The position numbers and the translations under genes are program-made. A stretch of 64,000 nt of DNA from Neoechinorhynchus agilis (Eukaryota > Animalia > Acanthocephala): NCBI GenBank assembly GCA_051530055.1, contig CM121343.1:5612389-5676388 (forward strand). Reading direction: 5' to 3'. Below the pieces are notes generated by a model. It was not told where the DNA came from, made no database searches, and saw nothing but the letters and a program-made list of their open reading frames with translations. Below are positions 11,173-20,924 of the stretch, one piece after another (within the stretch, counting starts at the first letter, position 1; the number at the start of each line of letters is the position of its first letter).

Positions 11173-11287
11173 TAAGATTTTATTGGATATTTCGATCCAC
11201 TATCTCGGATCTTCTTCAGCAATTGCTTGCAAGCGTTTACGACGTTAAGATCCGAGATAGTGGATCGAAATATCCAATAAAATCTTA
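11173..11287. repeat. Perfect 41-bp inverted repeat (11173-11213 and 11247-11287) at the 5' edge of the Penelope relic
   Basis: The two arms are exact reverse complements, separated by a 33-bp spacer. Confidence 0.95.
11182..11223 (-). ncRNA. Minimal type-I hammerhead ribozyme (Penelope pLTR type)
   Basis: AUUG-CUGAAGA-A-GAUCC-gagauagu-GGAUC-GAAAUAUC-CAAU: intact core, 5-bp stem II, palindromic AUAU stem III, AUC triplet and 4-bp stem I. Confidence 0.8.
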
Positions 11288-11834
11288 ATTTCATTTATTT
11301 TCTCCTATCGACAAAATGCCTGTTTATGTTGGGTGACTCTTTTAGGAACGCCCTGCATTGTTTGGCCGATGTACGCCTTTTAATTTTCTTATTGTACACT
11401 CAACCCCAATCTCTGTCCTCATAATCGAATTGATCATTTGGTTTGTTGCATCACCAAAACAAATTCAACTCTTTCGAATTTCACGGATTCTGGGAGCGGT
11501 TTTTGTTCTGTGTTCGGTGATTGCTCCTCCGCACGATACAGTGCAGGGTTTACGAGCGGGCACACGGTCCCCGAACCTTGAAAGTAGCGAGCCTGTTAAC
11601 CCGAGCCTATAAGATAAAACATAGACAAGAGCTATAACCAAAAACCTTTTTAGATGATTGATAAGGCGATGTTTCATCAGGATTTCTAGGCCCACGGAAT
11701 GTTTTCATTCACGTTCCGTCCATTGTCACTTTTATCGAAGTCCGCTGAGAACCTCCCGTTTCCATTTGCACAATGGATCTCATTACCATCGCATTTCCCT
11801 CTCTCTCCCTCTCCCAATCTAACGCTCCCTTTCT

Positions 11835-12290
11835 CTCCGAATTCTGGGCGTGATTTTACAAGAAAACCTTAAATGGAATGCCCACATTTCATTTACACTC
11901 TCTAAAGCAAACCCTCGCCCTTACCTTCTCAAATCCGGCGTCTCGGCGTATCCCCTAAACACCTTGCCCACTTTTATCTTTCTGCTGTCCTTCCTTTTCA
12001 TTACATACCCTTCCCCCCCCCTTTCTTCGCCCTTTCAGCCAATGCTCTCCATTCCCTCGAAACCTTCCACAATAGAGCAGCGAGAATATGCGGGACTTCA
12101 CTCCCTCCCCTCGACGCCCACCTCCACTCCATTTTTTCCAAAAACGCCCTCCGCCTTCTTCAATCCCCCTCCACAATTTTCTTCCTTCGTAAACACCCGT
12201 AACCCGAACATTTTTCATCCCCCCCCTCGCTCGTACCACCCTCTACCAAAAATCTTTCTTCCCCCAAGCCCAATCTTTCCTTAACAACCG
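11835..12290 (+). mobile_element. 3' fragment of a CR1/L2-like LINE ORF2, frameshifted and very C-rich
   Basis: LGVILQENLKWNAHI..KANPR, then RRLGVSPKHLAHFYLSAVLP and LHSLETFHNRAARI in shifted frames. Confidence 0.55.
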
Positions 12291-12571
12291 GAGAACGAGG
12301 AAAGACTCCTAATCGGTCATCTCATGTACAAAGCCTCCGATCGCACATTAACACTCTTTCAAAAACAAGTCCAACCTCCCTTGTCTTCAATATCCGCCAT
12401 CCAGACACCTTCAGCAAAGATAGATGCTGGCAAGTGTATGGATCGTGCATTTCTTACATAAATAAACCGTGTTTATATAAAAATACGTTTGGTTCAAATT
12501 GCTGGATATATTGACCTTTGCGTGGCCGAACCATTAATATATTAAGTGCATTTTTAAATAATAACTTAAGC

Positions 12572-12761
12572 TTTTTTGAAGACTGGCCAGCCGGTAACTT
12601 TTAGTAGGTATCAATCTGTGGCTTTTTATTACGGCTCATAATTTTTCGGACGCACAGCCCACCGATCTGGTTCAGAGAAGTAATTAAATCATTCAAAGCA
12701 CCGAACCGTCCGGTTTGAGTTTATACATTCCTCCGGATCCTCAAATACCTCCAAGAGGCGG
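12572..12761 (-). mobile_element. 5'-truncated copy of the rearranged-HHR repeat family
   Basis: The reverse complement reads CCGCCTCTTGGAGGTATTTGAGGATCC...GTTACCGGCTGGCCAGTCTTCAAAA and is collinear with 1922-2095. Only linker 2 and the cleavage strand of the ribozyme remain. Confidence 0.8.
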
Positions 12762-13162
12762 AAAAATTTAGTCTAACATCAATTGGCGAAGTAACGGTCT
12801 ATACGAGCAGCACCGATCTATGCTAAGCCTGATGACGTCTTCAGACCATGAGAAATTTTTTCCATTTGATTCGTCTTCAATGACGTCATCTCAAACTGTT
12901 ATTCTTTCGTTTCTGCAAAGAACCACGCCCACAAAAGTGTGCACCCATCGCCAGCATGCATTGTCCTCTTCCCGTGCTCGCTATTGTCTGAAAAGTTGTG
13001 AGCGCGTGGAAAGGGAGGAGCACATATCCGTCATTGCAGTAGCCTCTCTTCGGAATCTGACGAAATTATTCTAGTACTTGCACGAGTTTCTTATTTCAGA
13101 TTGGTTTGTTCACTTCTACTCAGATTTCCAGGATTGGCTTTATCAGAACTACTTTCAGAATG

Positions 13163-13729
13163 GGTGAAATTTCGTTCCCCTGATCGAATACGTCTATTAC
13201 ATTTTCGTTGTTTCCGGAATTTCGCACAGGGACAAACTCCATTGATGAATTTGGCGAAGATTTCTCGGAATAGTCTAAGTACCTTGCATGAGAGCTTCCT
13301 TCTATCCCATGGGAGAGAGATCGTACAATAGTTCAGTAACGTCAATATCCTAATCCGCTAAGAGATAATTAGTACTTTCATGATATGGTTAAATGAACTT
13401 TTTGGTCTTAACATAATCATTGATATGCCGGCCCTTTTTTCAAACATGCACCATCTCTTCTTCTTTTTGCATTTTTATAATAGCTAGAGTTGCCCAGTTG
13501 CCGACGTTTCGGAAATTTATTCTTTCCATCTTCAGGGTAAACGTTAACAGTCACACAATTTGTCAAACGCGCACGTAGAACCCAGCGTTAAACTAACGCT
13601 GACGTAAGCAATCAATTGTCACACTAATCGTAGAGTTTGAGAGTATAGGTGAAAGTTCGTTCCCCTGATCGAATACGTCTATTACATCTTCGCGATTTCA
13701 GTGATTTCCAAACAGGGACAAAATCCATT
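13163..13729. repeat. Diverged about 80-bp direct repeats (13163-13243 and 13648-13729; period 485 bp) flanking an HHR
   Basis: Both copies share GGTGAAA.TTCGTTCCCCTGATCGAATACGTCTATTACAT...ACAGGGACAAA.TCCATT. Confidence 0.8.
13498..13540 (-). ncRNA. Minimal type-I hammerhead ribozyme (Penelope pLTR type)
   Basis: UUACC-CUGAAGA-U-GGAAA-gaauaaa-UUUCC-GAAACGUC-GGCAA: intact core, 5-bp stem II, palindromic ACGU stem III, GUC triplet, and stem I with 4 of 5 bp. Confidence 0.8.
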
Positions 13730-13889
13730 TGTTTCTCTAGGGCGTACTGTAGGAAATTTATGGATTATCAACCTCCGTATCCGCCATCCACTCCGGATCC
13801 GTCATCCACACGGGATCCGTCAAATGAGGACCCAAAGGTACATGGGTCCTCTTTGTGAATCACAAATAAAACGTTTTATTATTATAATT

Positions 13890-14203
13890 GACTTGTGCGA
13901 GTAATGTCCGAGGTGACTCCGGAATTTACGATCGCAACGGGCGCATTTTATATCCGGTGAAGGTTTAGGCAATAAGTTCGCGATAATTTTCGAATAGTTG
14001 GCGAGCACATAGAATCATCTCAGAAGTTCCTCTGCTTGGTCTGAATCCGTATTGAGATTCAGGGAGAATTTGTTCGCTGGTGTTATGAAGTCTTCGATCG
14101 AGTACTGATGTAAATATTTTCCCAACGACAGGTAGGAGCGAAATTCCTCTGTAGTTCCCTCATTTGCAGCGATCACCTATTTTGAATATCGGGACGATCA
14201 AAA
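13890..14203 (-). mobile_element. RTE-clade LINE relic with a large internal deletion
   Basis: LIVPIFKIGDRCK*GNYRGISLLPVVGKIF..LPESQYGFRPSRGTSEMILCARQLFE is joined almost directly to the C-terminal CARCDRKFRSHLGHYSH finger. Confidence 0.8.
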
Positions 14204-15167
14204 AACAACTGTATATCAAATGAACATTCCATTTGATCAAAGGCTCGAAAATCTAGAATTCCTGCCTTCAGGTGCCGTTGAAACCGGCGCGGAATGTGGG
14301 ATATAATGAAAACTAAAAGATTGAATTATTGATTAGAAAAAACTGCCTTTATAGTGGAATACCATAGCTGCTGTCTTCAAACACAAAAACTAACGCTTAA
14401 ATCGACGTAGAGCATTCATCGCGATGAACGTTATGCTCCAATGAACATCACAATTCAAAGGGAATCATTGTTGACGTACCTTCAGCGTTTAGCGCAATAG
14501 TAAAAGTGAGTTTTTGTTCGATTTCCGTCGCGTATTTTTATGATATAAATCGAAAATGTTCACTTTACATTTAAATCCTTTTATGATTTTACAACTAATA
14601 AACACCCTTTTTGATATTCTATTTAGAAAAATTGCAAGCAGTTTGCTGAACAACCACAACAGATTTTCATCTCTTCTTTTTTTGCTGTGAGTAATAAACG
14701 ATTTAGAATTTTATTACCAGTGACCACAAGCGAACTGCATTAACAAGAATTCATGACCATAAAATAGCGCAAATATTTCATTGGAAGGGGAGATTCGTGT
14801 TCGAACGCATTTATCCGTTTTCCTGGACGGCTTGGGACCGGCATCGAGTTTTCTCGGGATGATTCTGCCTAACGCGTGATTATCCGTTTCTTATCACCTT
14901 AGGAAAAATTAATATACATGGGATTTATTAATTTACTCGATTCAAATAAAAGATTGCAATCACTATTTGTCGAGATGTAAAATGACTTCGATTTGGAGGA
15001 TCAAAACAGTGATAGAACCCAATGACTCTCATGCGGTTTTCCGGATATTCAATGTGTTTTCTTTAGGGACATAATCCGTTCCAACTATCGCCAAAAAATT
15101 ACGTACCGATTCGAAATCAGCAATACCAACTGCGTTTACGCGCCGATATTTCCCTTAACTCTATAGA

Positions 15168-15972
15168 TTATTTTTTGATTGTTACACTTATAAAGAGCAA
15201 ATCTTCCTTGACAAAACGTTCGAACAATTCATCGTGTGTACAGAATCTAGGGAATCCAAATGGTATATTCATTGCACTTGTTGGTCGCTTAAAAGCATCA
15301 CTGTTCTCATCAGGTCTAAGCGATTTTATGAGATTACATTTCCCTTGGTTTTGGTCGATAAGTTCAAATCGAACAACGTGACTAAACGGCCACCTAAGCG
15401 AGCCATCAAATTCGTGTTTTAAAAGTACCAAATAGAGGGAGATAAACGAGCGAGTTCCATCATTTTCGCCATAAAAAAAGAGCTGAACACAGAGTTTATA
15501 GCCCGGATATCCCGTGTAAACGGGAGGCGATGTAAATCCAATCAGCGGGTCCTTCCTCGACTTGTACATTTTCAAATCAACATTATCGATGCGCCACATG
15601 AGGTAACCTTCAGGCGGGGAACATTCGAACGATTTAGCGAAAGTTTCAAGTGCTTCGAGTTTCATTTGTGCAAATGTCATTTGCACAGTGAGATCTTCTA
15701 TATTGGCATTATCGTTTCGAATAGCGGTGATTTGCTCGTAAAGCTTGGCGTGTGTTCTTCTAATACTATTGATCTCAAGGAAGGCCTGTTTGACCAGCTG
15801 AGCCGTATTCTGCTGTAGACACTTCAGAGTCTTGATTTGACAAGTAATATTTGAACTTGTAAGTTGAGAATCAGTTTCCTATAGAAGCCATTTGAATTTG
15901 GAACTTAAATAATATACAAACCTCATCAGAAACAGTAGCTTCATCGTGTTTATGACACACGTCGTCTTCCAT
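15168..15972 (-). CDS. TRAF-family protein: coiled coil plus MATH/TRAF-C domain; exons 15972-15922 and 15878-15168 (about 253 aa)
   Basis: GYLMWRI..SPPVYTGYPGYKLC..SLYLVL..LRWPFSH..LIDQ..AFKRP..FGFPRF. A 43-nt GT-AG intron links the exons in frame. The TRAF paralogue cannot be assigned. Confidence 0.85.
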
Positions 15973-16185
15973 ACGTTTAACTATTAAATTATTAGGTTAT
16001 AAAAACCTTTTTTAGTTTCGCAAAATTGCACTGAGCGCTAAAACGTTATATCGATTGGGTATTATTAAGTAGCGTGTGTTTATGACTTTAATAATAATAT
16101 TAAGCAGCACTATTTTGTTTACATTCTACGTCGATTTAATCAATACCTGCTAGTTTTTAGTCGGCTACGATCGTTTTTGGCGCTT

Positions 16186-16680
16186 ATGGATTTAGAATTC
16201 AAGCAGCCACAGCGTCTAAGGATGGTCAAGTCCACGGAATTTCTATGTCGGTTGGAATCTTCGTACAAAGAACCAATGAAATCGATTGAAAGCGATGTGT
16301 CTTTGGATATCAAGTCATATGGATGCCAATATTGGTCGTACAAATCAAAATACCGTGCGGACGTGAGCAAGCATGAGAATTGGAAGCATAAGGAACGGCC
16401 AATGGATGTAATCAACATGCGATTGGATCCACAAAGTCCCATTCCGAAGTCGGATCCCCGTCCAAAACGAAGAACACTCAAGTGTTTAAAATTGTTATGC
16501 GATGTTTGTGATAAATTCGGTACGTATTCTGCCGATAAGTTCACATGGCAGCACATCGAAATTTGAAACCGTTCAAGTGTTCATATTGCGGTCAACGGGC
16601 CAACTATAAGTCTGATCTACAAAAGCACATCGAGATTTAAAACCGTTCAAGTGTTCATATTGCGGTAAAGCACATCAGAA
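16186..16680 (+). pseudogene. Degenerate C2H2 zinc-finger gene fragment
   Basis: YGCQYWSYKSKYRADVSKHENWKH (Cys to Trp), LCDVCDK, and two KPFKCSYCG repeats 74 bp apart, with stops and frameshifts. Confidence 0.55.
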
Positions 16681-16737
16681 ATAGAAGCACATGACGGCGT
16701 TGTTCAGATTTTGCCCGAATTTGAAGCACGAGCAACA

Positions 16738-16990
16738 ATCGATGATTATATATTGGAAAGACATCGTCAGTCAAGTCAGATTAGACGAAAACAATTACAA
16801 ATTCAATCGATTTCAACATCAGCACCGGACAATCAGTTGTATCGGATCGCTTTATTGGAGTCGGAAACCATACTCGTGATGTTGTTTGCGATAATACGGC
16901 CAATGCTGTTGTTGAAATTGATTGAATTTGCACTTGATTTCGACGAATTTGACTTGACTGACGATGTTTTTCCAATATATAATCATCGAT
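16738..16990. repeat. Imperfect fold-back with about 80-bp arms (16738-16818 and about 16910-16990)
   Basis: ATCGATGATTATATATTGGAAA.ACATCGTCAGTCAAGTCA... is present in inverted orientation on both sides of a spacer of about 90 bp. Confidence 0.85.
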
Positions 16991-17481
16991 ACATACTGAA
17001 GTGTATTCTCAAATAATAAAGTTGCCAATAAGTTGTAAAGATGTTGTTGAAAAGAACTTGCAAGCAATAGACTAAAGAAGGCTGAAAATTGAGTAAATAA
17101 ATCGATTATTATAGTTGCCAATAATTTAGCATTTCCAAAGCATGAATTTCGCACTATTGAAAGAGCGCAGAAATCAGTCTCACTTTTTCAATACCGGAAT
17201 ATTTGCCATGTGATTTTCATTGATTGAATCTTTTGCATTTTGCCATGCATTGATTTGCTTGAAACTCCGGAGTCCAGCAAGGTGATTTCTGGCTCAAATA
17301 TTACGTTTCATTGGACGACGTCCAAGTCGAATCCAAAATTGACGTTAAAAAGGTTCAATTTAAGAATAATGGTTTGAATATGCGCTCTTGTTAAGAAATA
17401 ATAAGTGAGAGTTAGAAACGGAGCAAAGATTATAACGGTGCTTCGTTTAATTTGTTCCTCGAAATATAAATCAAATTATTG

Positions 17482-18382
<901 letters not shown>

Positions 18383-19984
18383 TTCATATACAGTGGAACA
18401 GTTACAGTGCCACTATGTTGGGTATTTGATATTGGCGTTGCAATTTTTCTGCCGATTTCTTAAATCGACAGAAACGGCCTTGAGCAATTTTTAAAAATAA
18501 AATGATCCAAAAGATAAGAACGATATATGCGAATGGATGTTGTTCCGCGAGAAGTCTTAAAACACTTCTCCCGTTCATGTATAAAGACGTTTGAAAGGAG
18601 AATGGCACTGCGAAGAGTTTCATAAATCAAAGCATGACTTTCACTTTCGATCGTTTACTTCTAAATCATCGGAACTTAAAATTTTGCAACAGAGTCGACG
18701 AAATCACATAGAATTGGTAGATATAAACTCCTCGGTTTCCAACTATTTTTGTTTTCTGCCATTTTTTGATACTTTGTTTACTACGACTTAAGAAAAATGC
18801 TAAGGACACATGAAATTCAATAGTAGCAAGGACGTACTTTTTCACAAAATCCAATCGATTTTATAAGGCGTTTCCAACTTTCATTTAGAAGATGTTGAAG
18901 TATTTAAAGATTTTCCAACCCAATTATAATAGAAGTAATCTTGTGAAATACTATTTGATTTGTTTGAAGACTATTCATGATTTTTATATGGCGGAAAAAT
19001 TAAAACATTTTATTGATTCCAATATTCCGGCACAATCTATTCACGCGAATAACAACCTTGATCACCGCGTACAAGATTGTGCTAAAATATCGGAGTCAAT
19101 AAAATCGTTTAATCGTTTGATTCATCAACCACATGATTGATTTCCTCAGACAATGCGAGAAAAAGTTCTGGACATCAGCTAGACAAGGTCCCAGAACTGC
19201 TCAAAAAAGTGGGATTAACTTTCCACACGTCGATGTCGCTACTTTAACACACACTTCACATCTCTACGGACCTTTGTAGATTCCTCACGAAACCGTAAGA
19301 CGACGAGAGCTCGGTAATAAAGATTTTATCATTATAACAGCTCTCTTCCAATGTCCATTTCGAAAACAAAACTTGATCAATCATGCGGCTGGAAAATCAA
19401 GTAGTATTTTACAAGATTGTAACGGCAATGATTAAATCAAGAACTTGTAAATCAGTGAGTTTCTTCTGATTGTTTGAGGAATGATGCATTTTTTAGCACG
19501 ACCCTAACAAAAGTGTTCCGCGGTTCAGGTGGACGGCCGCGACTGAAGAAGCTTAGGGCTGAAATAGCCCAATAGAATACGTTCGCTTGTTTAGAAAGTT
19601 GTATGGATATTGTATTAATCAACGTTATAGAATAGATGACACTCAAACGTCATAATAAAAGTTTGCATTTGACCGAGGTTACAAAAATGCGACGCCAGAA
19701 CCGGATGTACGAAAGCGAGCTTCTGGAATTGAAATACAATAGAAATTTTTGGATTTAATGGCTCTTCTCAAAAATAAGTATTATAGCTGTATTGATAGTA
19801 AGCACAAGCTCGAAGTTTTCGTATAACTCGTAAAGTAAGTTTATTCGGAGTCAAGTACATTTCAAGAACTTAAAATGGAATTACTCCACAGCGAATAGTG
19901 ATTTTACTAGTATTTAGAATATTTCTTTTTTTATCAGTAATCGATTTATTCTATTTTTTTTGTGAAGCTATTTCGCTTTTCATT

Positions 19985-20175
19985 CCTGTAAACATCCCGA
20001 CGTTGCCAGTATACTGGCGTTGAGCGAGGAAATTTGCGGTTCCTCCGTCATCCTTTTCGTCCTTCGTTCCAAATCGTCGAGGAGAGTGAGCGCTGAAGGT
20101 CCCAAGGCTCCATACGTTCCACGGCAAAAGGGACGAAATGGTAATTCCTTGTGAATTAGCACTTTCGGCGGCCGG
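19985..20175 (-). mobile_element. CRE-like retrotransposon 3' fragment (RLE C-terminus)
   Basis: RRKC*FTRNYHFVPFAVE, a frameshift, then TYGALGPSALTLLDDL..NASILAT. Similar to the 8.6 kb and 61.4 kb fragments. Confidence 0.7.
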
Positions 20176-20186
20176 AGAAACTTTGT

Positions 20187-20435
20187 TTTTGCATCAGAGA
20201 AGTGATGTTACCACTTAAACTCGGATGAAGCGTTAAGAGTTTGTACATCTCTCCAGATCCTCAGATACCTCCGGGAGGCGGGACTCATCAGTGAGTTTCC
20301 TCCCTTCGGCGGTATTTCGTCCCCTTTGGTTGTGCGTCATTAGCGATCGTGGATTCGAACCCTTTGACCCTAGAACGGGGATAGCGGGTGTAAACCTAAA
20401 CAATAATTCTAATCACATTCCCCGGCACCTCACAT
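20187..20435 (-). mobile_element. Copy of the rearranged-HHR repeat, preceded by a perfect Pol III B-box-like GGTTCGAATCC and a pLTR-like tail
   Basis: 20187-20370 is collinear with about 1830-2015. 20385-20430 resembles 60220-60270 (CGGGTGTA.AC..AATAATTC..ATCACATTCCCCGG.ACCTC). Confidence 0.75.
20260..20323 (-). ncRNA. Rearranged (non-circularly permuted) hammerhead ribozyme, intact core
   Basis: GGGAC-GAAA-UACC-gccgaa-GGGAGG-aaa-CUCA-CUGAUGA-GUCCC-g-CCUCCC-gga-GGUA-UC-UGAG. Stems I (4 bp), II (5 bp) and III (4 bp plus A15.1-U16.1) are all Watson-Crick, and the linkers form an extra 6-bp helix. Confidence 0.75.
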
Positions 20436-20924
20436 ATCGACATTTTTATTAGTATTTACTTTTCGGTGAATGTGTCACTGGTCGTTGTCGTCGTCGAAGA
20501 GCAAGTAAAATCATAGCTCGTGAACCGATAACTGAGTTAAGAACTTTATTCTGATTGTGCTGAAGCGATTGTAACATAATGAAGAGTGGATTTTATTTTC
20601 AATTGTACTTTACTGAAATCTGGTAAAAAAAGGCGTAAAATATCTTTGTTTCAAGAAAAAACGAATGTGATTTTCAACAAAGAAACACTACCAACTCTCA
20701 ATCTCAACAAGTCAGTTTAATTTTATTAAGGAATCATAACTGGGTTTTGTCAGCGAACAATTATGATGTCACCAAAATTGCCCATTTGAGCAAAGTTATT
20801 CCCTAGCTGCATGGTCAGTTTTTATAGTCGAAAGTAATTCAAATTGATGCTAATTTAGGTTTGCAATCGCAGCGATATAGCCAAATTAACACATTTTACA
20901 TGAACATAATCATACTAAATTCAG

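Noticed and set aside
19543-19580. CTGAAGA-AGC-TTAGG-GCT-GAAA as a hammerhead
   Set aside because: No compatible stem I or stem III with an NUH triplet nearby. The sequence folds better as a simple GGGCT/AGCCC hairpin.
20345-20365. tRNA gene at GGTTCGAATCC (also the SINE heads at 32-33 kb)
   Set aside because: No cloverleaf or acceptor stem could be built. Only promoter-box-like motifs are present.
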